A DNA stretch of 64,000 bases from an uncultured Clostridium sp. (GTDB lineage Bacteria; Bacillota; Clostridia; TANB77; CAG-508), in the NCBI GenBank assembly GCA_946404215.1, contig CAMJCT010000005.1, positions 14,685 through 78,684 on the forward strand. The letters run 5' to 3'. Below are positions 10,736 to 21,116 of the stretch, in pieces. A program made the position numbers and the translations under genes. Under the pieces are notes generated by a model that was given only the letters and a program-made list of their open reading frames with translations, was not told where the DNA came from and ran no database searches. Position 1 is the first letter of the stretch, and each line of letters opens with the position of its first letter.

Positions 10736-11606
10736 TTATAAAAAAAATACTTTTTCTATTTTTCCACTTTTCAATAAGAAATTGACATCTACATTTCTTT
10801 TTACATCTTCCAAATTTTTTCCATGCATTGTAAAAATTCCTTTTACTCCCGAACACATAGCTTCTCCGTATTGCTTGTACATCTTCTTTTGAGCCAATCT
10901 CATCACATGCAATTACTTCAGGTGCCATAGAACGAATAAGCATTTTTATTCCCTCTGTTTTAGAAATGTTTTCGATAACATCTGTTCTTATACCTATATC
11001 ATTTTGTGGAGTACCTCTGTACATTGCCGCTATTTCTCCTCTTTCATCTACAACACCACAAGTCTTACCTTTAAAATCAAAATCCATTACTCCATTACTA
11101 ATGTTTCTTATTAAATCTCTTAAAATTGTTGTCTTTCCTTTTCCAGGTGGTGATACTATAAGTGTATTAAAAACTGTATTATTTTTTTTATCTATAATTT
11201 CTTCTAATAATTTGTAACTACAATTTAATACTTCTTTTGCAATTCTAAAATTTAAACTGGTGATATACTTTAAATTTATTGTTTTTTTGTTGTCCACAAC
11301 AGCTGTTCCAGTTATTCCTATCCTATGACCACCTTTTATAGTTATAAAACCTTTTGCAATCTGATTTTGATATGCATAAATTGAATTTTCACAAATCTTT
11401 TCTAAAATTTGTGTAACTTCATTAGTGTTTAATTTGTAATCTAATATTTCATCTGTTTCTCTACATTTTAATATTATAGGCCTTCCTACTCTTACTCTTA
11501 TCTCCTGCAAATCTTCTTTTAGAAATTTTTTTTTCTCAAAAGCTAACTTTAATAATCCATAAATGTTAGTAGGGAAATAATCTAATATATGTTCCATATT
11601 CTCCAT
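10736..11606 (-). CDS. spoIIIAA: Stage III sporulation protein AA (ATPase), one +1 break at CGGA 10868-10865
   Basis: Walker A SPPGKGKTT, VDERGEIA, CDEIG. The conserved tail (SGVKGIFTMHG...) is in the +1 frame after VQAI-[C]GGA and ends at TAA 10738-10736. Confidence 0.9.
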
Positions 11607-11697
11607 TTTTTCTCCCTCTTTATGTATTTCATTATGCAAAAAAAAGCATATATATTAATATATATGCTTTAAAATTTAAAATTATGATATTAAAAAT

Positions 11698-13395
11698 TTA
11701 TTTTTTATTAATAACTACTCTATAAATTTTTCCTGTATCTTCATATTTTTCAAATTCAACTTTAAAATAATCTTCAACCGAAATTTCTTCCTTGAGCATA
11801 GATAACGTTTGCTTATTTACCTGATATTCTTTACCATCGAAGTTTATTTCTTTTATCTGTACTTGCTCATTATCACTATTTTCCTCTGACTCATTTAAAT
11901 TTGCTATTATTGTAAAAAGCCCTTTAACTGTAGCACCTGAAATATTTGTGCCTTTATATAATTCTAATTTTGCATTAAAAGTAGCTATTTCCGCTTCTTC
12001 AATCTCCTTCAAAGTTTGGTCTGCTAAGTCACTATTTGAGATAATACTTATTCCAGCAGTTGGAATTATATTTATTATTGGGTTTTCATTTTCCATTAGT
12101 CCTAATTTTTTCATTTGAATTCTATTAATCTCAGTTAATCTTTCAGAAATCTTTTGCAATAATTGTTCTTTTTGTTCTTCATTTAAATCACTTAAAAATA
12201 TAGTATTATCTTTTTCAAACTTCTCAATATCAGCTTCTCCTTCAAAACTGACATCATTATTTAAATTATAATTATAAGAATATTGTTTTATATCGTCGTT
12301 CGTTTCTACATTAAATTCTAAATCTAATTTATGACTTTCATTTATATTTTGTAAATTAGTTAATCCTCTATACTCAGAAATAAATGATATATTTCCTTTG
12401 CTTTTATCCTCATCTAAAATATCAATAAAAGCTTTATACTGCAGTCCTTCTTGTAATTTAAGTTTTTCTATAGTTATATTTATATTATTATTATTAAATT
12501 GGATTTTAGATAAGTTTCCGTCTTTAATATATAAACAAATACTAAAATCTACATCCTCAGATATATTTTTAATATTATTTATACTTTCCTTAATAGTTGC
12601 AGAAGAAATTTTGTTTGAACTATTACTAATTCCCAAAAATTCATTTAATTTATCTATGGTACTTTTATCATCTTTTAATTTTTCTAACATTTTTATAGTA
12701 ACATCTTTAAATTGATTAGTATTCAGATTTAATTTATATCCCTTTTTTCCATTTTCTTGAATTTCACTAAAAGCATAATCTGGTATATTTTCAATTAGAT
12801 ATCCTACATATTCATCTTGTATATGTTTCATATCTTCTTCTGAATTTTTTATACTTGAAATATTTTCAATTTTACTTAAAGTTTCTACTGTTTCTCCAAC
12901 AATAGCATACGAATCCGGCATATCACTTATATTACAAGCAATATATTTTTTCGAAAAATAATTAGATTGCAATACCCCTACTGTATCTCCTATTTTCTTT
13001 ATAGAAAATGGCAGTTTTACATCATTAGAATAATTGATACTAATATCTTCTACAAAATTTGAATTCTTATTATCTACCCTGCCTGAAAATGTTATCTCCA
13101 TATTATTAGTATTATTAAATTCTTCCTCATCTGCTCCTGATATTTTTACATTAAAACTTCCTCTATTTGAATACGAATTATCCATTTTTTTATCAAAGTA
13201 TTGTATCAGATCACTCTCAAAAAAACCATTTTCCTTATCTGTAATTTGTGTAGCATATTTAAAAAACAATTCTTTGTTTGGCTTTAAAAAATCAGTAGCA
13301 ATATATACATATACCAATCCTAAACATACTATTAATAAAACTAGTGCTATAATTATCAAAAAAATAATCGTTCTTTTACTTCTTGACTTATTCAT
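11698..13395 (-). CDS. Hypothetical membrane-anchored exported protein (565 aa)
   Basis: Long ORF with RBS and a single N-terminal hydrophobic segment; no motif recognised. Confidence 0.8.
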   Translation of the reverse strand: MNKSRSKRTIIFLIIIALVLLIVCLGLVYVYIATDFLKPNKELFFKYATQITDKENGFFESDLIQYFDKKMDNSYSNRGSFNVKISGADEEEFNNTNNMEITFSGRVDNKNSNFVEDISINYSNDVKLPFSIKKIGDTVGVLQSNYFSKKYIACNISDMPDSYAIVGETVETLSKIENISSIKNSEEDMKHIQDEYVGYLIENIPDYAFSEIQENGKKGYKLNLNTNQFKDVTIKMLEKLKDDKSTIDKLNEFLGISNSSNKISSATIKESINNIKNISEDVDFSICLYIKDGNLSKIQFNNNNINITIEKLKLQEGLQYKAFIDILDEDKSKGNISFISEYRGLTNLQNINESHKLDLEFNVETNDDIKQYSYNYNLNNDVSFEGEADIEKFEKDNTIFLSDLNEEQKEQLLQKISERLTEINRIQMKKLGLMENENPIINIIPTAGISIISNSDLADQTLKEIEEAEIATFNAKLELYKGTNISGATVKGLFTIIANLNESEENSDNEQVQIKEINFDGKEYQVNKQTLSMLKEEISVEDYFKVEFEKYEDTGKIYRVVINKK

Positions 13396-13427
13396 ATTTT
13401 TCTCCTTTACGTGTTATATAACACAAT

Positions 13428-13463
13428 AAATAGATAAATAACAATATGCTATTTATCTATTTA
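13428..13463 (-). terminator. Hairpin terminator after the YebC gene
   Basis: AAATAGATAAATA...TATTTATCTATTT inverted repeat just past the stop codon. Confidence 0.5.
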
Positions 13464-13466
13464 AAC

Positions 13467-14186
13467 CTATTCTTCCCAATTATGGTAGACATTAGAAACA
13501 TCATCTAAATCCTCTAATCTTTCAATTAGTCTTTCCATTTTTTCAGCTCCACTTTCATCAAGTGATACTGTTGTTGTTGGAATCATTTGAACTTCTGCCT
13601 CTAAGAACGTTACCCCTGCCTCTTCTAGTTTTTCTCTAACATTTGTAAAATCAGATGGGTCAGTTATTATTTCATAAACTTCATCTAAAGCTTCAAAATC
13701 TTCAGCTCCACTTTCTACTGCAAGCATCATTAAATCTTCTTCCTCCATTGGTGCTGTTTGTTTTTCTATTACCAACATACCTTTTTTATTGAACATATAT
13801 GAAACACAACCACTAGTTCCCAAATTTCCGCCTGATTTATCAAATGCATGCCTTACATCTGCAGCTGTTCTATTCTTATTATCTGTTGCTGCTTCTACAA
13901 TTACAGCTACACCACATGGTCCATATCCTTCATATGTTATTTCTTCATAATTTTCATTACTTGCTCCTGCTTTTTTTATCGCATTATTTATTGTATCATT
14001 TGGCATATTAGCTGCTTTACATTTAGCTATTACTCCCTTCAACTTTGAGTTTCCAGCAGGATCTGGTCCACCCTCTTTTACTGCTATTAATAATTCTCTT
14101 CCTAATTTTGTAAATACTTTTCCCCTTGCTGCATCTGCTTTCCCTTTTTTTGCTTGTATATTATGCCATTTACTATGTCCACTCAT
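13467..14186 (-). CDS. yebC: YebC/PmpR family protein
   Basis: [15 protein letters not shown]...YEGYGP...DDVSNVYHN. Confidence 0.95.
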   Translation of the reverse strand: MSGHSKWHNIQAKKGKADAARGKVFTKLGRELLIAVKEGGPDPAGNSKLKGVIAKCKAANMPNDTINNAIKKAGASNENYEEITYEGYGPCGVAVIVEAATDNKNRTAADVRHAFDKSGGNLGTSGCVSYMFNKKGMLVIEKQTAPMEEEDLMMLAVESGAEDFEALDEVYEIITDPSDFTNVREKLEEAGVTFLEAEVQMIPTTTVSLDESGAEKMERLIERLEDLDDVSNVYHNWEE

Positions 14187-14365
14187 CTTGTCTTACCTCC
14201 TATTCAAATTTTCCTTTTATAAAAAGGCTTTTAACCTGATATACAACTTTTAACATTATAGCATAAAAAATTTTTTTTGAATAGAGTTTTAGAATATTTT
14301 TATTATTTTTGTTAATACTATAGTTAATTTATATAAGGTATTTTTATACCTAGATTGGAGTTTTT

Positions 14366-14800
14366 ATGAAAAATGAAAATTTAAATATTTTAGATGAAGT
14401 AAACAAAGGCGCTACTATGGGTATGGATGCAATTTCTTATGTCTCTGAAAAAGCTTCTGATTGTAAGTTCAAAGAAGTTTTAGATGTAGAATATAACAAA
14501 TACAAAGAAATATCTAAAAAAGTAAATAATTTATATTCTAATTATAGTGACAAAGAACCTCACGAAACAAATACCATGAATAAAATGATGACATGGTATG
14601 GGATACAAATGAAAACCATGACTGATAACACAACTTCAAAACTATCTGAGCTACTAATGCAAGGTACCAATATGGGAATTATAGAAGGAAGACGTTTAAT
14701 TAATCAAAATGATGATGCAGCTCAAGATGTTAAAGACATTTTGCACGAATTTGTAACAATGCAAGAAGATAGTGTAGAAACCTTAAAGAAGTATTTATAA
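14366..14800 (+). CDS. Conserved clostridial hypothetical protein (four-helix, probably sporulation-related)
   Basis: RBS GGAG; KGATMGMDAI...SKLSELLMQGTNMGI pattern; function is inference. Confidence 0.75.
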   Translation: MKNENLNILDEVNKGATMGMDAISYVSEKASDCKFKEVLDVEYNKYKEISKKVNNLYSNYSDKEPHETNTMNKMMTWYGIQMKTMTDNTTSKLSELLMQGTNMGIIEGRRLINQNDDAAQDVKDILHEFVTMQEDSVETLKKYL

Positions 14801-14876
14801 AAAGTCAAAAAGATATTTAATCCTATTTTTTATGATTTATAAACATAAAAATTTAAATTAAATATCTTTTTTTTAA

Positions 14877-16742
14877 TTATTTTTTTGTTTTATCCTTCTT
14901 GTCTTTAAAGATTTTATCAAATAAACCTTTATTAGTTTTTGCATGTTTACTAGCTCTTTTACCTTTAGCCCTTTTAGCTTCTTTTTTATTTTTCTCTTGT
15001 TTTTTATTTGCTTTTTTACGCTTTTCTTTTTCGTCGTCTAAGTCTTTTTTTTCAAATTCTTCTTCAATGAATTCTTCTTTTTCACCTTCATCAAAATATT
15101 CGTCTTCTTCGTAGCTTTCTAAATCTTCTTCAAATTCATCTTCATCAATATAATTATCTTCTTCATCATCCTCAAATTCATCTTCATCACTACCAAAATC
15201 GTCATCCTCTTCAAAGTACTCGTCATCTTCGTCATCTTCATCGAAGTATTCATCATCACTTTCGTCTTCATCAACTTCATCGAAATATTCATCATCACTT
15301 TCGTCTTCATCCTCTTCATCGAAGTATTCATCTTGGTCAAAATTATCATCTTCCTCACTCTCAAAATTGTCATCATCTTCGTAGCCTTCTTCTTCGTCAT
15401 ACTCCAATTCTTCTAAATCCTCGTCCTGAAAATCATCTTCAACTAAACTATCATCGTCATCCTCATCACTAAATACTAGTTTTACTCTCTCCTCTTTAAT
15501 TTCATTTTCTTTTTCTTCATTTGTTTCATTATTTTCTTTAACCTTGGTTTCTACTTCCTCACTAAATTCAGATAAATCCCTTCCAAATTTCTCAGATATT
15601 TCTTTTTGAAAGACATCATAAATATTTTTTATTCCATCTATTCTCCAATAATTTGAGTTAATAACTGTTCCCATATTTATATTAATATTTGTGATTTCTT
15701 GTTCAAAGTTTCTTTCCTTATCTTCTATATTTTTCAAATATGTCTTATTATATAGCTCTTTATATGCCTTTTTTGTTGCTTTGTTTGAAATTTCCTTTAA
15801 AATTAATTCATATAAATTATTAATCTGAGAAATATCATCTTTAAAGTTTTCACAAGCCTCTGTCATCATTTTATTATGTGCTTTTGTTCCATTAATTGCT
15901 GTTATTCTTTCATAATCCAAAAAATTAAATATGTATTCTTTTTCAGCATTTAAGAATGTCAACTTTGCAGTTGTATCTCTTAATACTTTCTTATATTTAT
16001 TTAACTTTATACTATCACTATCTATTTCTGCTAAAAGCCTTCTCATTTTATCATATATAGATATATAACAATTTGCTTCTTTTTCAGCAATACTTATTCT
16101 AGTTTTTATAGCCAAATTTAATACATCTTGATTAAATGGAACATTCTCATTTTTTCCATTTTTCGTCATTATTGTGCCAATTTCTTTTTCTTTATCCTCT
16201 TCTTGAGAATTAATAATCTGTTTTAAAAGTAAAATATCCTTTGCATCTATAGACTCATACCCAGTTGTGGATGCTTTTATATGTTCAATATGTGTCGTTT
16301 CACTCAATCTTCTTTCTTTTTCGCACTTAGTCCTTTCTTTTTGTTTTTCAATAAATTCACTCACAAAAATAATATATTGTTCTCTTAATTCTTTTAATTT
16401 ACCATTGTTATCTTCTATGGTATTTTCTATTTTTTGAAAATTCTTCATAAGTGTTTCTGGTTTTTCTTCCAAATCACTAAATAATTTGTTTCTATCTTCT
16501 TCTAATTTTAAATTAGAATTATAAAGCTTTTGTTGTTCTCTTTGAATAGTTTCAATTTTATTTACAGTTTCATCAAATTCCTGTATAATCTTTCCTTCTT
16601 TTGTAGCTATAATTTGGTAATTTTCTAGTTCTTCAATAAGTCCCTTAAAATTGTTGTAATTTTCTCTTAAGTTATATTGTTTGTCTAGTTTTAGAATTTG
16701 TTCTATATATCTTTCTAAAACTATTGCACTTCTTTCATACAT
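14877..16742 (-). CDS. Hypothetical coiled-coil protein with a long acidic tract and basic C-terminal tail
   Basis: 621-aa ORF with RBS GGAGGA; about 135 residues dominated by D/E followed by a K/R-rich tail. Confidence 0.85.
   Translation of the reverse strand: MYERSAIVLERYIEQILKLDKQYNLRENYNNFKGLIEELENYQIIATKEGKIIQEFDETVNKIETIQREQQKLYNSNLKLEEDRNKLFSDLEEKPETLMKNFQKIENTIEDNNGKLKELREQYIIFVSEFIEKQKERTKCEKERRLSETTHIEHIKASTTGYESIDAKDILLLKQIINSQEEDKEKEIGTIMTKNGKNENVPFNQDVLNLAIKTRISIAEKEANCYISIYDKMRRLLAEIDSDSIKLNKYKKVLRDTTAKLTFLNAEKEYIFNFLDYERITAINGTKAHNKMMTEACENFKDDISQINNLYELILKEISNKATKKAYKELYNKTYLKNIEDKERNFEQEITNININMGTVINSNYWRIDGIKNIYDVFQKEISEKFGRDLSEFSEEVETKVKENNETNEEKENEIKEERVKLVFSDEDDDDSLVEDDFQDEDLEELEYDEEEGYEDDDNFESEEDDNFDQDEYFDEEDEDESDDEYFDEVDEDESDDEYFDEDDEDDEYFEEDDDFGSDEDEFEDDEEDNYIDEDEFEEDLESYEEDEYFDEGEKEEFIEEEFEKKDLDDEKEKRKKANKKQEKNKKEAKRAKGKRASKHAKTNKGLFDKIFKDKKDKTKK
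15237..15332. repeat. 39-bp tandem repeat (about 2.5 units) encoding DEYFDExDEDESD
   Basis: TTCATCGAARTATTCATC recurs at 15237, 15276 and 15315. Confidence 0.85.
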
Positions 16743-16836
16743 CCAGGCAATCCTCCAAATTTCTACATTTTTTTACTTATTATACATAATTTCCCTTCAA
16801 AAGTCTAGACTTTATCTTAAAAAAGTTATATTACAT

Positions 16837-17103
16837 GTTACTGTTCAGTCATATTTAATTAGAAGTCCTTAGTTAAGTGATTACTATCTAAATATTTTGA
16901 GAATTAATCGAATGCGACTTGAAATAACTTAAAAAATCTTGGTAATTTCGAAAGGGAATCTCAAAGTTCATCTTTGAGGGTGCTTTCGAAATTAATTAGA
17001 TTTTTTTAGTGTTTAATGCAAGGAAGCCTAGATTATTCGAAAAATATTTAGATAGTAATCACGTTTAAGCAGAACAATTCTAATTTTAAGACTGAACAGT
17101 AAC
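16837..17103. mobile_element. Complete MITE-like element: 14-bp terminal inverted repeats, 8-bp target-site duplication
   Basis: GTTACTGTTCAGTC (16837-16850) / GACTGAACAGTAAC (17090-17103), flanked by TATTACAT at 16829-16836 and 17104-17111; nested internal inverted repeats; no ORF. Confidence 0.85.
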
Positions 17104-17154
17104 TATTACATATGACTGAACATTAACTATTACATGGAAAGATTTGTTAATTCT

Positions 17155-18231
17155 TTATCCTAACCTTTTAATTCCTATATTATTTTTTCCTATATCTATA
17201 AATATTTTTAATGTTTTTATCATTATTTCTTTACTCTCTGGGTCAATATCCTGATAGGTTTTAATAATTGCCTTTGCACTAGCCAGTTTATTATTGCTTA
17301 TTTCAGATAATGTCTTTGCACCAGTAGCATTAAGTATTTCAAAAAATTTATCTATAAAAAATTCTCTTTGATTCGGTTCTACAGCTTTTAGCCAATCTGT
17401 AATTGTTTTGTCTATATATTTACTTGAATTTGTTTGTTCATCTCTTATAAATTTGTCTCCTAATAATTGCCAAGAATATAAATCATGTTGCATAATTCCT
17501 ATTTCTTCACTTTTCAAAATTGTTGTTTTTTCTTCATGATTTAATAATCTTCCTATTATTGATGTTTGAGGAATATATGTATGGACCTTTTCCAGTATCT
17601 CTTTATATTCTTTACTGTTAATTACCTGCTCACAAAAACCAGGTCCATCATTATTGTATACATTAATAATTCTATCCTTAATTTTTTTATCACAAAAAGC
17701 TGATGCATATACTGCTAAATTTCCACCCTTTGAATGACCTCCAACTCTAATCTTATTTAGATATTTTTTTGCAACATTTTCTAAATAATTCACAGCATCA
17801 GTCTGAGCTGGAACTAAATAACTAAAACTCATATTAAAATCTTCTTTCCAACCGATTATAGTATTGTCTGTTCCCCTATATGCTACATATATTGTATTGT
17901 CTGGCATAAGTATAGTAATAGCAGAAAATTGTTTTTCTTGAATTGGATCTAATTTATTTGTATAATTGGTAAGCTTCATATTTCCAAACCTCTCACTATT
18001 AGCAAGTTTTGGAAATAGTTCTATATCTTCTTCTTGTAAGATTCTTCCAGTTGTGCCTCTAGCCTTATATCGTTCATAGCTTTCTTTAATAGTTATTTCC
18101 TCATTTTCTGTAACAATGTCATCAAATGGAAAATATGACAGCCTTGATAAAATCAAATTATCTATCTCATTAAATTCTACTTTTTTTAAATCTATATCTC
18201 TCCAGTCTAAATAATCAAATATATTTGACAT
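17155..18231 (-). CDS. DUF2974 (Mbeg1-like) alpha/beta hydrolase
   Basis: YRGTDNTIIGWKEDF, GHSKGGNLA nucleophile elbow, NNDGPGF. Confidence 0.9.
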   Translation of the reverse strand: MSNIFDYLDWRDIDLKKVEFNEIDNLILSRLSYFPFDDIVTENEEITIKESYERYKARGTTGRILQEEDIELFPKLANSERFGNMKLTNYTNKLDPIQEKQFSAITILMPDNTIYVAYRGTDNTIIGWKEDFNMSFSYLVPAQTDAVNYLENVAKKYLNKIRVGGHSKGGNLAVYASAFCDKKIKDRIINVYNNDGPGFCEQVINSKEYKEILEKVHTYIPQTSIIGRLLNHEEKTTILKSEEIGIMQHDLYSWQLLGDKFIRDEQTNSSKYIDKTITDWLKAVEPNQREFFIDKFFEILNATGAKTLSEISNNKLASAKAIIKTYQDIDPESKEIMIKTLKIFIDIGKNNIGIKRLG

Positions 18232-18503
18232 ATAATAACTCTCCTTCCACTAATATATTTATTTAATAATAATATCACTTCACTTTTTAAAAGTAAATAC
18301 ATAATTTTTTTATTTTTTTGCATTTTGTATGGATTTTTTAATTATATTATGATATAAAATATATATATTTTGTATGCATTCTACAATTATAGTATAAATA
18401 ATCAAGCATATTCAAATTTTTACATATATCTACTTGAATTTATATACTATTTATTATAAGATATTTAAGAAAATATGAGAAATCACATAGGAGGAACTAT
18501 ATA

Positions 18504-19332
18504 ATGCCAAGAAAAACAAAAGAACAAAAAGAAATAGAAAACAATAACAAAGAAAAACAAGCTGAGAAGAAGGCTTCTTCTAGTAAGAAAAAAACAACCA
18601 CTAAAAAATCAACTACAAAAACAGAAAAACCAAAGAAATCTGTTTCAAACAAAAAAACAACAAAAACAAAGTCTACTAAATCTACATCCACAAAAAAAAT
18701 AACTTCTTCTAAAAAGGAAAAAGTTAATATTGTTGAATACTATGACTTACCTTACAGATATAATCAAACGGTTATAAAAGTTTTGGCACAAACTCCTACA
18801 AATTTATTTATTTATTGGGATATTTCAGATAAAGATAGAAAAAAACTTGAAGAACAATATGGAAAAGACTTTTTCCAAACTACAAAACCAGTTTTAGTAA
18901 TTTATAATAAAACACTAGGATATAATTTTGAAGTAGAAATAAATGATTTTGCCAATAGTTGGTATCTACATGTTAATGATTCCAAATGTGATTATAAAAT
19001 TGAACTTGGTAGACGCCCTATTATAAAAAATGAAAAAATAAATACTGACTTTATTTATATTTCTACATCAAATGAAATTGAATCCCCAAATGATCATATT
19101 TTATTCGACCAAAACCAAAAAATGGTTTATTTTAGAAATATAAAAACAGGCATTCAAACTAAAAAAGATATCTCCAATATTTCTTATATTAAAAATATGG
19201 GTAAAATTTATAATATTTATGATTTGTATAAATCAATATACAAGGATGAAGACATTGAAAACATATATAATTTATCAAATCCATCATCAGGCAACCCTTC
19301 CTCACGGAAGTATGTCTTCCAAATTTAAGTAA
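18504..19332 (+). CDS. DUF4912 domain protein with K/T-rich N-terminus; in-frame CGGA at 19305-19308 near the C-terminus
   Basis: DLPYRYNQT...LAQTPTNLFIYWDIS...NSWYL; upstream of GH57 as is usual. Ends at 19328 unshifted or 19332 if shifted. Confidence 0.85.
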
Positions 19333-19389
19333 ATCATATTAAAAAATAAACAAGCTTGTAATTATGTATCAAAAAAGGAGATTTATATT

Positions 19390-20976
19390 ATGCAAGAGAA
19401 AAAAGGATATGTAAGTTTTGTTCTTCATGCTCATCTTCCATTTATACATCATCCAGAAAGCGATGATTATTTAGAAGAATCTTGGCTATATGAGGCTATA
19501 TCTGAAACTTATATTCCATTATTAACAAATTTTCAAAAATTAGTAGAAGAAGGAGTTAACTTTAGAATTACTATGTCTATGACTCCTCCTTTACTTTCTA
19601 TGTTAGATAATAAATTACTACAAAGGAAATATATAAAATATTTAAAAAAGCTGATTGAATTATCAAAAAAAGAAATAAAAAGAACAGCTAATGATGAAAG
19701 ATTAAATAAACTTTCTCATTATTATTATGACCGCTACTCTAATGACTTACATTTATTTAAAGATATATATAATTGTAACTTAATTGAAGCATTTAAACAT
19801 TTTCAAGATATTGGAGTTTTAGAAATAATTACTTGCGGTGCAACACATGGGTATTTTCCAATTTTATATATTAATGAAAAAACAGTAAAAGCCCAAATAG
19901 CTGTTGGTGTTCAAACTTATGAAAGATATTTTGGAAAAAAGCCTCGTGGAATCTGGCTTCCTGAATGTGGATATATTCCAGAAGCCGATAAATATTTAAA
20001 AGAATTTGGAATTGAATATATTATTACTGAATCTCATGGAGTTCTATACGCCAATCCTACTCCTATTTATGGTACGTTTGCACCTATAGTTTCACCAGAA
20101 GGAATTGTTGCTTTTGGACGTGATATGGAATCTTCAAGACAAGTTTGGAGTTCTATAAATGGTTACCCTGGAGATTATAATTACAGAGAATTCTATCGTG
20201 ACATTGGATATGAAGCTGATTACGAATACATTAAACCATATATTGCTCACAATGGAGTTAGAGTTCATACTGGTATAAAATATTATAGAATAACAGGAAA
20301 AAGTGATTTTAAAGACTACTATAATATACAGTGGGCTAAAGACTCTGCAGAAATGCAAGCAGGTCACTTTCTAGATAGTAGAACCAACCAAATAGAAAAT
20401 CTTTCACAAAATATGGATACCCCACCAATTATTCTTTGCCCTTATGATGCAGAGCTTTATGGTCATTGGTGGTATGAAGGTCCTTATTGGTTATATATAT
20501 TATTTAAAAAGATTTATTATGATGATTGCAATTTTCAACTAATAACTCCTTCTGAATATATTGATAAATATCCAAATATACAGGTTTCTTCACCTTGCCG
20601 TTCAAGTTGGGGCGCCAATGGCTATAGCGAAGTATGGCTAAACCCAACCAATGATTACGCTCACAGGCATTTGCATGTTGCAGGTGATAGAATGTGTGAA
20701 CTTGCCCAACTTTACCCTAATGCAAAAGGTCTAAAGAAAAAAGCTTTAAACCAATGTGCAAGAGAGCTTCTCCTTGCTCAGAGTAGTGATTGGTTATTTA
20801 TAATTACCAATGGAACTATGGTTGACTACGCAAAAAAAAGAATAAAAGATCATATTGGAAGATTCACAAAACTATATTATCAAATAAAGGATAATTCTAT
20901 AGATGAAGAATATTTAAAAGATATTTCTAAAAAAGATTGTGTTTTTCCAGATATTGATTATATGTTATATTATTAA
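19390..20976 (+). CDS. GH57 1,4-alpha-glucan branching enzyme (DUF1957)
   Basis: LHAHLPF, CGATHG, GIWLPECGY, YDAELYGHWWYEG, LLLAQSSDW. Confidence 0.93.
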   Translation: MQEKKGYVSFVLHAHLPFIHHPESDDYLEESWLYEAISETYIPLLTNFQKLVEEGVNFRITMSMTPPLLSMLDNKLLQRKYIKYLKKLIELSKKEIKRTANDERLNKLSHYYYDRYSNDLHLFKDIYNCNLIEAFKHFQDIGVLEIITCGATHGYFPILYINEKTVKAQIAVGVQTYERYFGKKPRGIWLPECGYIPEADKYLKEFGIEYIITESHGVLYANPTPIYGTFAPIVSPEGIVAFGRDMESSRQVWSSINGYPGDYNYREFYRDIGYEADYEYIKPYIAHNGVRVHTGIKYYRITGKSDFKDYYNIQWAKDSAEMQAGHFLDSRTNQIENLSQNMDTPPIILCPYDAELYGHWWYEGPYWLYILFKKIYYDDCNFQLITPSEYIDKYPNIQVSSPCRSSWGANGYSEVWLNPTNDYAHRHLHVAGDRMCELAQLYPNAKGLKKKALNQCARELLLAQSSDWLFIITNGTMVDYAKKRIKDHIGRFTKLYYQIKDNSIDEEYLKDISKKDCVFPDIDYMLYY

Positions 20977-21000
20977 ATAATTATTATTTACATCACTATA

Positions 21001-21043
21001 AAAAAGTTACCACAAAGTAAATATCTTGTGGCAACTTTTTTTT
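21001..21043 (+). terminator. Intrinsic terminator after the GH57 gene
   Basis: AAAAAGTTACCACAA...TTGTGGCAACTTTTTTTT stem-loop with U tract. Confidence 0.75.
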
Positions 21044-21116
21044 ATATGCATACTATAATGTATAAGTTTTGAAAATTTAGTAGATACTAGTTTTGTTAGA
21101 AAGGGGATTTTTTCGT

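Noticed and set aside
15237-15332. Possible CRISPR-like array
   Set aside because: Period of 39 bp with no unique spacers; in-frame coding tandem repeat; no cas genes in the window
15119-15400. 93-aa Met/Lys-rich ORF
   Set aside because: Alternative-frame shadow of the D/E-coding repeat
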